Source: an uncultured cyanobacterium (GTDB taxonomy: Bacteria; Cyanobacteriota; Cyanobacteriia; Cyanobacteriales; Nostocaceae). Taken from it: a stretch of 64,000 nt of DNA. Below, piece by piece: positions 9,894-19,815 of the stretch. A program made the position numbers and the translations under genes. The stretch is from contig CAVUDP010000002.1 in the NCBI GenBank assembly GCA_963740315.1, positions 3,136,001-3,200,000 of the forward strand, read 5' to 3'. The notes beneath the pieces were generated by a model. It saw nothing but the letters and a program-made list of their open reading frames with translations, was not told the DNA's origin and made no database searches. Every line of letters starts with the position of its first letter. The first letter of the stretch is position 1.

Positions 9894-10415
9894 TTGATTC
9901 AAACTCAGCTTGGATTAAGAAAATTTCTGAACCGATTTTGAGAGCCTTCATTTTAGCTGGTGGGCTTAACTGTTGATGCTCTGTTAATTACACTAAATAA
10001 TCAAATGAACGTAATTACCCCAGAAACTCTAGAAAAACTTGTTGAATTACAATCTAATTATCAAGGTTGCGTAGATTTATTAGAATTAAAGCAATGTTTG
10101 CAACAAGAACCCTTTGGTTTAGCTGACGATAAAGTTAATAGTTATATCAGTAAAATAGAGGACGATCTAAAATTGCGATCGCACTTGGTTGAGTTAGTAA
10201 AATATTATCTGCAAGATTCCAAGCTGGATTCTACAGGTGTAGAGGCTTTACATGGTGCTTATTTTGGTTCTCAACCACCGCAACCTTTACAAACAAAGGA
10301 AATGTACGAAATTTTAATTGAACTTTCTTCTTCTTTAACGGGTTACTTGGGAAGAATCGAAGGTGCTGATTGGAAAAGCGATAAATTCTACTTTCTCCGC
10401 AATTTACGGAGTTAA
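9894..10415 (+). pseudogene. Partial, internally deleted duplicate of the 3' part of 8275..9738
   Basis: 9894-9931 aligns with ~8955-8991, then jumps to ~9270; NNQMNVITPETLEKLVELQSNYQGCV and GADWKSDKFYFLR shared. Confidence 0.8.
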
Positions 10416-10444
10416 TTAATATTCTTTCTTGATAATTGTTAAAA

Positions 10445-10766
10445 AGTTGGTAGGTTGGGTTAGACACGAAAACCAAATTAAACTTATAACGAAAATCTAA
10501 ATATCGTGTCGTAACCCAACATCCGGATTGTGGGAATATTCAGATATTACATTCATATTGATTTAGTTGGTAGGTTGGGTTAGACACGAAAACCAAATTA
10601 AACTTATAACGAAAATCTAAATATCGTGTCGTAACCCAACATCCGGATTGTGGGAATATTAAGATATCACATTCATATTAATTTAGAAGATGTTAGATTA
10701 CGGCGCAATATTAATTCCTAATTAAAAACCATTATTTTATAGTGCGCCTAACCCAACTTACCAACT
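10445..10766. repeat. REP/BIME-like cluster: two 120-bp tandem units plus one inverted unit (GTAGGTTGGGTTA...TAACCCAAC)
   Basis: 10445-10564 and 10565-10684 nearly identical; each folds gttgggttagacacga/tcgtgtcgtaacccaac; third unit inverted at 10689-10766. Confidence 0.85.
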
Positions 10767-10776
10767 AATTTCAAGT

Positions 10777-11937
10777 TTACTTTTTATTTAGATTACTTGC
10801 CAAAGTTAATTTATTAATTAATTCATCTTTAAGTTCCTGAAAATAATTTGCAGCATCTTCCAAACCGGAAGCTTTAGCATAACGAATCAAAGGTTCTATT
10901 AACCAAGATTCTGTAGGACTCATTTGAGGTTGCAAAGTTCCATTCCGCAAATTCATATCTACCCATTGCAGACTCGAAGGAATATGATTTGCGTGTTCCA
11001 CAGCGCTTTTCATAGCTCGCTCGAAAATGACTTCTACATCTTCTTCTAAACCGTAAACTTTGACCATTTGTCCTACCCGAAATACGCGATCGACTAATTC
11101 ACGAATCCGAGATTGATAAGCAGAATCGAGAATTTCCCCAACTGTTAAAAGTTGAAAATGCCCTTCAGAATCAATCGCCAATAACTGTCCGAGTAAATTA
11201 ACCGTCAGATTTACCAGCGCTTTGTCAAATTCCAAGCGAGTCGCCGAACTATTTGCAGCCTCTTCAAACAAAGCTCCTCTTTCTGTCAAAATAGTAGCGC
11301 AACGCGATCTTGTGGCAGCATTTCCACCAGCAATCTGAGTTCGCCCTTTAGGTCCCGGACGATAAATTGTTTTAGCTCCACTGCCGATCCGCAATCCGGT
11401 TTGAATGGTGACACCGCGCAGCAATCGGCAGACAATTTGGGGTATTATATCGGGCCATAAGTCAGGTAAACGGGCAAACAGCGTTGCTTCTTCGATTTTT
11501 TCAATAAATATTTGTCGAAATCGTTGAAAATAAATGCCGTTTGAAGCAAGAATAAACAACGGTAAAGATTCATTTGGTGAAGATATCTGCCCTTGCTCGT
11601 ACACAAGAACTAGCAATTCTACAATGGTTGTAATCGTATCCAAAAGTTGGTCGGGATTTGGACAGATAAGCACTACTTCTGGTACAAAACCAGACTGAGC
11701 GCTTTTAATTAAATCCGGTTTGAGAATCTCTTCTGTAGATAAAGACTTGATTCCTTCTGGCGTGTCAATATTGATTTTGCCATCCTTGCGTAAAGCTTTG
11801 GCACTCTTAGAACCTCGTCTTTCTAACAAGTAGACACCATCTAATTGCTTTAATTTTCCGCTTAAATGATAAAAAAACCCAACTCCGAGCGCTCCAGCTG
11901 GCAAAATGCCAATATTGCCTTTATTTAAGCAAGCCAC
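10777..11937 (-). CDS. Divergent ketopantoate reductase (PanE/ApbA)-like oxidoreductase
   Basis: GILPAGALG Rossmann-like motif, SNG, EFDKALVNLTVNLL, PSSLQ and TE correspond to PanE motifs. Confidence 0.55.
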   Translation of the reverse strand: MACLNKGNIGILPAGALGVGFFYHLSGKLKQLDGVYLLERRGSKSAKALRKDGKINIDTPEGIKSLSTEEILKPDLIKSAQSGFVPEVVLICPNPDQLLDTITTIVELLVLVYEQGQISSPNESLPLFILASNGIYFQRFRQIFIEKIEEATLFARLPDLWPDIIPQIVCRLLRGVTIQTGLRIGSGAKTIYRPGPKGRTQIAGGNAATRSRCATILTERGALFEEAANSSATRLEFDKALVNLTVNLLGQLLAIDSEGHFQLLTVGEILDSAYQSRIRELVDRVFRVGQMVKVYGLEEDVEVIFERAMKSAVEHANHIPSSLQWVDMNLRNGTLQPQMSPTESWLIEPLIRYAKASGLEDAANYFQELKDELINKLTLASNLNKK

Positions 11938-11950
11938 AAGTAATTTCTCC

Positions 11951-12352
11951 TTACAATTCTGTGAGGATTTGACAAGCTTTTTTCAAATCGGAAACTTTCA
12001 ATATTAAACGCATTTTGTCATCAGGGCGAACGGTGCTACCGTAAGTATATTCAATATTAATTTGGGCGCTGCCTAAAGCCTGAGTTAGTCGAGCTAATTG
12101 TCCCGGACTATCAGTCAGTTCAATCGCTAAGACTTCTGCTTCAATTACGTACAATCCTTCTTTTACCAAAAGACTTTTGCAGATAGCGGGTTCGCTACTT
12201 ATCAAACGAATCACGCCTTGTTCAATATTGTCAACAAGACTAATTGCCATGATATTGATATCTTGTTGAGAAATAATGCTGGTAACAGTAGCTAAACGAC
12301 CTGGGTAATTTTCCAGCGCTACTGTCAATTGACGTTGAGTTGTAAAATTCAT
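11951..12352 (-). CDS. Tandem ACT-domain protein
   Basis: QLTVALENYPGRLA...DINI and IELTDSPGQLA...INIEYTYG; ATG at 12352. Confidence 0.85.
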   Translation of the reverse strand: MNFTTQRQLTVALENYPGRLATVTSIISQQDINIMAISLVDNIEQGVIRLISSEPAICKSLLVKEGLYVIEAEVLAIELTDSPGQLARLTQALGSAQINIEYTYGSTVRPDDKMRLILKVSDLKKACQILTEL

Positions 12353-12569
12353 AATTAAATTTTTTTTTGCAAAAATAGCTAATTTAAACCCGACCAATTT
12401 GGCTATAACGTGATAATTTTATCTCAAAAATCTATATTTATTATCTATAGCGATTCTATATCAGTTGTAAATACTTGAAATGCTCAGATGTGGGATTTTC
12501 TGCGATCGCTACCCCATAAATTATTTAATTATATATTTATTATTGTACCAACAGACAAATTGATAGTTA

Positions 12570-12767
12570 GTAGGTTGGGTTAGATACGTTTACCAAATTG
12601 AACTTGTAACGAGAATCTATTTATTGTGTCGTAACCCAACATCGGTATTGCGGGTATAAGGTATTGCTTTCATAGCGATAATTCAATGTTGGGTTACAGC
12701 GCTGTAGTTAATTCATAATTAAAACCCATTATTGTTCTATTGTTCGTGCGCCGTGAAGCTAACCTAC
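12570..12767. repeat. REPIN-like doublet homologous to 10570-10766
   Basis: gtaggttgggttagatacg...tgtgtcgtaacccaac, then inverted unit ending aacctac. Confidence 0.8.
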
Positions 12768-12875
12768 CTTTTAATTATTAATGGACTTAGTTAATAAACC
12801 CGCAGTAAGGCGGGTTTTGCTTGTGTAGCAGCGGTAACAAAGCGCCGGATATGGGTTTTATAAATCAACTAAAAA

Positions 12876-13328
12876 CTAACCTTTAAAAGATATTTGCTTT
12901 ATCGCTTCTAATTCATTCCACGCGGTTTCTGCTGCTTCTAAATCATAGGGAAAAGGTCTTCCACGGGTAACGTAATCGAGCTTTTGCGGTTCTCTATGAC
13001 GTAATACGGCGTTTACTACTACGCAGGGTTCTGAGGTGAAATTAATTACTCCATGCAGCACTCCTGGTGGAATTGTCACCACTGCTGGGTATTTTTCGCT
13101 TAATGGAATGTACTGATATTGCTTATTAATTAAAGTAACTAAAACAAATCGACCTTTGACTACTAATAATTGGTCGGTTTGCGATTTATGTACGAATAAA
13201 TCTTCTACTGTATTGGGTGGAATCTGTACCAGCATGGTTTCATTACTGGCTTGAGGAGTGAAGAATTTAGTCATCCCTCCTTTAATTGACTCCAAATAAC
13301 GGATTTCAATTCCCCTGGCTTTACTCAT
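12876..13328 (-). CDS. Cupin, dTDP-4-dehydrorhamnose 3,5-epimerase-like
   Basis: FVHKSQTDQLLVVKG...IPPGVLHG cupin motifs. Confidence 0.75.
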   Translation of the reverse strand: MSKARGIEIRYLESIKGGMTKFFTPQASNETMLVQIPPNTVEDLFVHKSQTDQLLVVKGRFVLVTLINKQYQYIPLSEKYPAVVTIPPGVLHGVINFTSEPCVVVNAVLRHREPQKLDYVTRGRPFPYDLEAAETAWNELEAIKQISFKG

Positions 13329-13453
13329 ATAAAAATTGTGCTAAAAAAGCATCCTAAAAATTGAATAGTACATTCAATCTAAGATGCTCTTAAATAAAAA
13401 AATGTTGCAAATGCAACAAAAGCTACCAAAATATGGTATCTAAGTATAAATTA

Positions 13454-15040
13454 TTAGCCAATAGAGAATTTTAAACTGTTCGGTTGTCCAAAATCACCAT
13501 CTATTACCACACCGCGTCCGTTGGCATGAAGATGACGCAATATGATGTAAGTTGACTCTATTTGCTCGGATGCACCTGCTTTTTCGGCTATTTCTCCTAG
13601 AGAAAGGGGATTTTTTGCTGCTTGTAGAACCGATACTACTTGCTGTTGCAATTCCAAAATAGCTACTGCTGCTTTTTTACCTGCTTCTACACCGGGTTGG
13701 TTGTAAGCGTTGACATTCACCAAGTTGGCGTAGAAACCTACAGCACGTTCGTATAAAGCAATTAACGCGCCTACGGTTCGGGGGTTAACTTGGGGAATGG
13801 TAACTGTAATTGAATCGCGTTCGTTTTCGTAAAGTGCTTTTCTAGTACCTTGAAGAAAACCGGAAAGATAATCACCTGATGTAATTCCCGGTTCAATTTC
13901 TAAAGAGGAACCTTTTCTATCTTCTAAAACTTCGATAAAGGTAAGGAAGAAGTTCGCTACCCCATCGCGCAACTGTTGAACGTATGCGTGTTGGTCGGTT
14001 GAGCCTTTATTACCGTAAACTGCGATACCTTGGTGGACGGTGTTACCGTCTAAATCTTTTTCCTTACCCAAGGATTCCATTACCAGCTGTTGCAAATAGC
14101 GGCTGAATAAAAGCAGGCTGTCTTTATAAGGAAGAACAACCATATCTTTTTCACCGCGTCCGTTGCCAGCGTAGTACCATGACATTGCTAACAGTGCGGC
14201 TGGATTATTTTCGAGATCCCAGACGCGAGTTGCGTCATCCATCTCTTTGGCACCATCTAGCATTTGACGAACGTCAATGCCTTGTAATGCTGCCGGAACA
14301 AGCCCTACAGCCGACATTTCCGAAGTCCGACCTCCCACCCAATCGTACATGGGAAAATGTGCCAGCCAGCCTTCCGATTCGCCAATCTTGCTCAGCTTAC
14401 TACCGGGCATGGTAATGGCGATCGCATACTGTGCAAAGTCCAAGTTTTGCCCAGCATAAGCTTTCTTGACTTCCATCATGCCGTTACGCGGTTCGGGTGT
14501 TCCTCCAGATTTGGAAATCACCAATACCAAGGTACTCGAAAGACGGTTCCTCACAGCCGTTAATACGCGATCGATTCCTGCTGGATCGCTGTTATCAATA
14601 AAGTGAATCGCCACAGGAGGATAATCTGTAGCTAAAGCTTGAGCTACAAATTGAGGACCGAGTGCGGAGCCACCAATCCCAATTGAGATTATATCGGTGA
14701 AGCGAGGAGCTTTGGGAGGATGAATCGCACCCGTGTGGATTTTCTCGGCAAATACTTCTATTTTCTCAATATTGTTAACAATTTCTTGCGTTACTTCCGG
14801 CGTAGGAGCCAAATCGGGATTTCGCAGCCAATAATGTCCAACCATCCGCTGTTCATCCGGATTTGCGATCGCGCCTTTTTCCAATTCCGCCATATCCGCG
14901 AAAGCCTTATCAAATGAAGGCTGTAACGACTTAACGAAGTCATCATCAAAGCCCATCCGGCTAACGTCTAGGTAAAAACCCAGTCCTTCATGGAAATATA
15001 GCCATTTCTGGTATCGTTGCCAAAGTGCCGTAGCATCCAT
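13454..15040 (-). CDS. pgi: Glucose-6-phosphate isomerase
   Basis: [42 protein letters not shown]. Confidence 0.97.
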   Translation of the reverse strand: MDATALWQRYQKWLYFHEGLGFYLDVSRMGFDDDFVKSLQPSFDKAFADMAELEKGAIANPDEQRMVGHYWLRNPDLAPTPEVTQEIVNNIEKIEVFAEKIHTGAIHPPKAPRFTDIISIGIGGSALGPQFVAQALATDYPPVAIHFIDNSDPAGIDRVLTAVRNRLSSTLVLVISKSGGTPEPRNGMMEVKKAYAGQNLDFAQYAIAITMPGSKLSKIGESEGWLAHFPMYDWVGGRTSEMSAVGLVPAALQGIDVRQMLDGAKEMDDATRVWDLENNPAALLAMSWYYAGNGRGEKDMVVLPYKDSLLLFSRYLQQLVMESLGKEKDLDGNTVHQGIAVYGNKGSTDQHAYVQQLRDGVANFFLTFIEVLEDRKGSSLEIEPGITSGDYLSGFLQGTRKALYENERDSITVTIPQVNPRTVGALIALYERAVGFYANLVNVNAYNQPGVEAGKKAAVAILELQQQVVSVLQAAKNPLSLGEIAEKAGASEQIESTYIILRHLHANGRGVVIDGDFGQPNSLKFSIG

Positions 15041-15145
15041 AAGGGAAATCTCAAGTCACGTTATTTTCACAAACAAGTTTAAGCTAAGGTTCGAGAAATA
15101 CCTTGTCAACTTATACAGTTTTAACTGTTGACATAACTGCTCTCC

Positions 15146-15403
15146 TTAAACATCTGGCATAGGTATGACTCGCAGAAATTTCACAATTTCGCCTTTAACT
15201 TCAATCCCAACCAAATAATTATCCAAGGTAAAGCGATGAAATATGCCCTCTATATCAATTTGACGCAATTGGGGTAACGAATGCAAGTTCTCTGAAAATC
15301 CAAACTCAAAAAAGACAAAATTCAATACCCGTTTTTTAGCAGCCAAATCTAAATTATCTAAATCTTCTAAAAATGACCGTGCGTATCTAATTTCTAGCTT
15401 CAC
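15146..15403 (-). CDS. RelE/ParE-like protein
   Basis: MKLEIRYARSFLEDL start, size and beta-rich C-terminus typical of RelE fold. Confidence 0.6.
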   Translation of the reverse strand: MKLEIRYARSFLEDLDNLDLAAKKRVLNFVFFEFGFSENLHSLPQLRQIDIEGIFHRFTLDNYLVGIEVKGEIVKFLRVIPMPDV

Positions 15404-15429
15404 CCGCTTATTTTGATAAAAAAATGAAT

Positions 15430-15688
15430 TAGGAGTTAGGAGTTAAGAGTTAGGAGTTAAGAATTAGGAGTTAAGAATTAGGAATTCTACCCCCTCTACC
15501 CCCTCTCCCCCTCTCCCCCTCTCCCCCTCTCCCCATCTCCCCCTGAGCCGCACGCTCCGCGTGAACGGGTTGCGCCACTTGCTACAAGTCGGGGAACCCG
15601 CGAGGGCGCAGTGGCTTACCATCTCCCCATCTCCCCATCTCCCCATCTCCCCATCTCCCCATCTCCCCCTCTCCCCCTCTCCCATCCC
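15430..15688. repeat. STRR arrays (GAGTTA[A/G], CCCCATCT) with nested GC-rich dispersed repeat at 15543-15620
   Basis: Tandem 7-8-mers; GC-rich core recurs at 24974 and 37127. Confidence 0.85.
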
Positions 15689-15689
15689 T

Positions 15690-15887
15690 TCAAAGTGAGT
15701 CCAAATACCGCAGTGCTTCATCATGAGTTAAGAAATCCCACGGTTTCTGGGAATCCTTGACCTCTTGTATAGCTTTTTGTATCTGAAAATCACAACGTAA
15801 AGTGTAGACTGTATCCCAGGTTTTTTCTAGTTCATCTTCATTCAATTGCTCGATTAATTGATGAATTTTGTTTCGCAGATTTTCCAC
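15690..15887 (-). CDS. Small helical protein, putative antitoxin partner of the RelE-like gene
   Basis: LRNKIHQLIEQLNEDEL...LTHDEAL pattern; upstream and co-oriented. Confidence 0.55.
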   Translation of the reverse strand: MENLRNKIHQLIEQLNEDELEKTWDTVYTLRCDFQIQKAIQEVKDSQKPWDFLTHDEALRYLDSL

Positions 15888-16138
15888 GATCTTTTTCCTA
15901 GCATGACATTTTGTTAAGAAATATTAAAGATTAAATATTAAAATCAAACATCAAAAAACACCCAAATTTTTATTGCTTTTCTTACTAATGAGGTAATAGT
16001 TAACAGTTATACCGTCCCTCTACATAGATACGGGTAATATGTTGATGAATTTATTACTTGGAATTTTACCGGGAAATTAATGGCAACGGCTATAAAGCTT
16101 ATGTTTAATTAACACCCGTCGGATATCGGCTTTGATGT

Positions 16139-16317
16139 TACTAGGACGGAGCCACATTGAGAAAGCGGGGTAATGTATTCGTAGTGCGTTAACGGAGTCT
16201 GTCCGATAGGACATGCGTCCCGCTCGCTGGTTGCTTTTAGCTCGCTCGTGGTAGCTAGCGAGCAAGATGCTCGCACTACCGGACACCTCTCAAAACTTAT
16301 GTGGCGGAGTCCTAGTA
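16139..16317. mobile_element. MITE-like element (TACTAGGAC..GCCACAT ends) carrying GTAG-type REP units
   Basis: Imperfect TIR tactaggacggagccacat / atgtggcggagtcctagta; internal gtagtgcg...cgcactac. Confidence 0.55.
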
Positions 16318-16601
16318 CTTAAGCGCTTTACAAATAGGCTGTTATATGTTTAAATTCCAAACCTTAAAAAATCTTGCTGCCATTTTTTACAATTTCGATT
16401 TGCTAAATGCATAAGTTGATGAGAACTGAACATATAGAGAAGATAGGAAGTTACTTTTTAACTTCAACTGACTTTCAGCAAAAAGGTGTGAGGCTATGTG
16501 TAAGTCTCGATCGCATAACTTGTATGAAACATATTCCTTCAGGTAGTATTCCTGAATAAACAATTACTGTAATCAAAAAAATAAATGGAGAATTTAATTA
16601 A

Positions 16602-18107
16602 ATGCGAAAGCCGTTTTTAAAGCATCGTTGGTTATTAACTTTATTATTATGTTTGATTCCGACAGTGGCTTTAGCCCAGGATGAAGCAGCTGGAGAACCT
16701 TTCATCAAATCTCTTGATGCTGCTTTTGCTGGATTTGTAAAGGGAATATTTGATGTTCTATTTTTCAGCGTTGGTGGTTTTCCCCTGATCGTTTTATGGC
16801 TGATTTTTGGAGCGCTTTTCTTTACCATCCGTTTAAGGTTCGTCAATGTCCGCTTGTTTGGACACGCAATTGATATTGTTCGCGGAAAACACGACGATCC
16901 GAATGCACCAGGGGAAGTTTCTCACTTTCAGGCTTTAGCTACTGCTTTGTCGGCAACCGTGGGACTCGGTAACATTGCAGGAGTTGCGATCGCGATCGGT
17001 GTTGGTGGTCCGGGTGCAAGTTTATGGATGACTTTAGGTGGCTTGCTGGGTATGTCTAGTAAGATGGTTGAATGTACTTTAGGTCAGAAATATCGCATCA
17101 TTAAGCCCGATGGCAAGGTTGCGGGCGGACCGATGTACTATCTTTCCAGAGGATTTGCAGAAATTGGTTTAAAACCATTAGGTAATGTTTTAGCGATTCT
17201 ATTTTCTATTTGCACCATCTTCGCTGCTTTTGGTGCTGCAAATATGATTCAAGTCAATCAATCTTACGGTGCAGTTAAGGAAGTTTTTCCGATATATCCT
17301 TGGGTTTATGGTTTAGTTCTGGCTATTTTGGTGGGTTTGGTAATTATTGGTGGTATCCACCGGATCGGTCAAGTTGCGGGGACTATAGTACCAGTTATGT
17401 GCGTGCTTTACGTAGTTGCTGCATTGTGGATTCTGTTAGTTAACTTTACTCAGATTCCCGGTGCTGTTGCCACCATTTTCCAACAAGCCTTCACTCCCCA
17501 AGCTGTGGAAGGAGGAGTTATCGGTGTAATTGTCCAGGGTTTTAGACGCTCCACTTTTTCCAATGAAGCCGGAGTTGGTTCGGCTGCGATCGCTCACTCT
17601 GCTGCAAGAACCGATCGACCGATCAAAGAAGGTTTGGTGGGGCTTTTGGAACCATTCATCGATACAGTTGTTATCTGTAATATGACTGCTTTAGTAGTTG
17701 TAATTACTGGCGTTTATAACAATCCTCAATATGCAAATCTAGTAGAAACTAATCAAGGTGCAGCTTTAACTTCCGTTGCTTTTGGTTCGGTAATATCTTG
17801 GTTCCCCATATTACTGGCAATTTCCGTATTTTTATTTGCATTCTCTACAATGATTTCTTGGAGCTACTACGCAGAAAAAGCTTGGGAATATCTCTTCAGC
17901 GAACGTAGTTTGATTGTATACAGAATATTATTCATTGGTGCTACATTCATTGGTGCGATCGCCAAGCCTCAATCGGTACTCGATTTCGGTGACGCGACGT
18001 TTTTTGCAATGGCTTTGTTTAATCTATTTGGAATGTATTTCCTTACCAATAAAGTGGTACAAGATTTGAACGATTACGAACTGTATCTCAAAGAATCAAA
18101 ACTGTAA
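16602..18107 (+). CDS. Alanine/glycine:cation symporter (AGCS family)
   Basis: ATVGLGNIAGVA, GGPGA, GGPMYY, FSNEAGVGSA, EPFIDT. Confidence 0.93.
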   Translation: MRKPFLKHRWLLTLLLCLIPTVALAQDEAAGEPFIKSLDAAFAGFVKGIFDVLFFSVGGFPLIVLWLIFGALFFTIRLRFVNVRLFGHAIDIVRGKHDDPNAPGEVSHFQALATALSATVGLGNIAGVAIAIGVGGPGASLWMTLGGLLGMSSKMVECTLGQKYRIIKPDGKVAGGPMYYLSRGFAEIGLKPLGNVLAILFSICTIFAAFGAANMIQVNQSYGAVKEVFPIYPWVYGLVLAILVGLVIIGGIHRIGQVAGTIVPVMCVLYVVAALWILLVNFTQIPGAVATIFQQAFTPQAVEGGVIGVIVQGFRRSTFSNEAGVGSAAIAHSAARTDRPIKEGLVGLLEPFIDTVVICNMTALVVVITGVYNNPQYANLVETNQGAALTSVAFGSVISWFPILLAISVFLFAFSTMISWSYYAEKAWEYLFSERSLIVYRILFIGATFIGAIAKPQSVLDFGDATFFAMALFNLFGMYFLTNKVVQDLNDYELYLKESKL

Positions 18108-18187
18108 AACAGCCTGTTTAAATTATATACAAAGAAAAATACGTTGTAGAGACTTCGCAATTGTAAAGTCTATTTTTTTAACTACTT

Positions 18188-18345
18188 AGAGGATGCGCGC
18201 TCATGCTACTAATATAACTCGAAACTTTTCAGATCCCCCTAAATCCCCCTTTTTTAAGGGGGACTTAAACCCCCCTTTTATAAGGGGGGAAGGGGGGATA
18301 ATCCGAGAATTGCGTTAAAAAAAAGATATTTTTCAAACATCCTCT
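18188..18345. mobile_element. MITE-like element (AGAGGATG...CATCCTCT) with CCCCC/GGGGG hairpins
   Basis: 8-bp inverted termini; internal ccccctt..aaggggg hairpins like those at 1655-1747. Confidence 0.5.
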
Positions 18346-18386
18346 TATTGCTATTTAAAATAAACAACAGACGCTAATCCCTACTC

Positions 18387-18788
18387 CTAACGCCTCCCAT
18401 TATTAACAAAACTTAATTCCTCAATTTGAGCATCTTTATCTGATATTGCTTTTCTCATTTCTAATAACTGCTTCTCTAACTTCTTTTTTTTACTTGCAGA
18501 TTTGCTAGATCCGATCGCTACGACACTTCCTATACCAAGCGCTATATTCAATGCTGCTCCCATTCCAGGAGACAAAAAATCTCTAACTTCACCATCAACA
18601 AACTCTCGATTATCTACTCGAATCTCTATTCGTTCGGAACCATATTCAGTTAAAAGCATAGCGAAGCTAGCAAAAATCATACCTGAAATTGCAATGGTTG
18701 GTAGCACCACTTTTTTAAACATCATCTTTACCTTCGTGTCTCTTGAATTTCTAACAAAGCGATTCGATTTTGGATTATCGAATTGCAA
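18387..18788 (-). CDS. Hypothetical membrane protein (2 TM + coiled coil)
   Basis: Two hydrophobic segments, C-terminal coiled coil; start uncertain. Confidence 0.6.
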   Translation of the reverse strand: MQFDNPKSNRFVRNSRDTKVKMMFKKVVLPTIAISGMIFASFAMLLTEYGSERIEIRVDNREFVDGEVRDFLSPGMGAALNIALGIGSVVAIGSSKSASKKKKLEKQLLEMRKAISDKDAQIEELSFVNNGRR

Positions 18789-19233
18789 CTTTATCTTTGC
18801 TATTCAACTCAGGGCGAAAAGTCCCAATCGCCGATCGCTTTGGAAGCCGATTAATAACAACTTAATAATTTAATGAATATATTTTTATTTAATTTTGATA
18901 AAATCTTCACTTCTATTCATATTGGTTTAATGAAATCATCTTTCCTTAACCATAGAAATGCCGGTTCTTCACGGGCACTTGATATTACTACCGCAAAAAT
19001 ACTTATATAAGTCTTATCTAAACTTTACAAAAGTTACTATAGTGTTTTTATTTGAGCTTAAGATTTGATAAAAATCTAATTATTATCAAACGATTAAATA
19101 TCTTTCCCATCCCACATTTCCTATAGTCATTGAGAGAATGGGAGTCAGTAGTTTATGTACTTTATCCCTTGTCTCTTAACTATTTTTTCAATTTCAAATC
19201 TTTACACCTTGCAATTCGCTGCATTTGTAAGAT

Positions 19234-19815
19234 TTAACATCGCCAATACACCCCATTTTGCTCCTGCATCAAGCGACTATCTACTAATTCCTTTCGTAGA
19301 GTCTCAAAGTCTGGATAGTAACGTTTAAGAACCTCATCCACTTTATCCTGCGGATATTCTGCTCCTATTTCAAACTTGTCGATTACCCATTTGAGAATCG
19401 TCAAGCGCTTTTTACTGTTACCGGGAATTTCTCTGAGATATTTCACGGATGTACAATCTTGAATATTTCCTTCAATGTAAGTGCTTAATACCTTAACTTT
19501 CCAGGTTTCAAGATTTACACCATCAGCTAAAGAAGCTACTTTTTCCGGTAACAACACTTCCTTACTCATAGTTTGCAAAACATCTTTATCTAATTGATAA
19601 AAATGAGTATTGCCTTCAGGTCGCATTCGTACCAATTCAAGTTGCTTGAGTTTGGTTAAATGATGTGAGATTGTCGGTTCTTTTAGTTCTAATAACACAG
19701 CCAGTTCTTCTACACTGCACTCCTGAGTCGCTAGAATACCAATTATTTTTAGTCTACTTTCATCTGCCAACGCTTTAAAAAAACGCAACAGATTTTGCAA
19801 TTTCTCATTTTTCAT
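19234..19815 (-). CDS. ArsR/SmtB family regulator with DUF2087 domain
   Basis: FKALADESRLKI, PTISHHL; C-terminal IP..KKR...DFETLRKELVD...YWR. Confidence 0.88.
   Translation of the reverse strand: MKNEKLQNLLRFFKALADESRLKIIGILATQECSVEELAVLLELKEPTISHHLTKLKQLELVRMRPEGNTHFYQLDKDVLQTMSKEVLLPEKVASLADGVNLETWKVKVLSTYIEGNIQDCTSVKYLREIPGNSKKRLTILKWVIDKFEIGAEYPQDKVDEVLKRYYPDFETLRKELVDSRLMQEQNGVYWRC

Noticed and set aside
10445..10684. Possible CRISPR array
   Set aside because: Only two 120-bp units with near-identical 'spacers', REP-like palindromes and no cas genes
15464..15724. 86-aa ORF sharing MVSHCALAGSPTCSKWRNPFTRS with 24891..25178
   Set aside because: Shared peptide is a translation of the dispersed repeat plus STRRs, not a gene family
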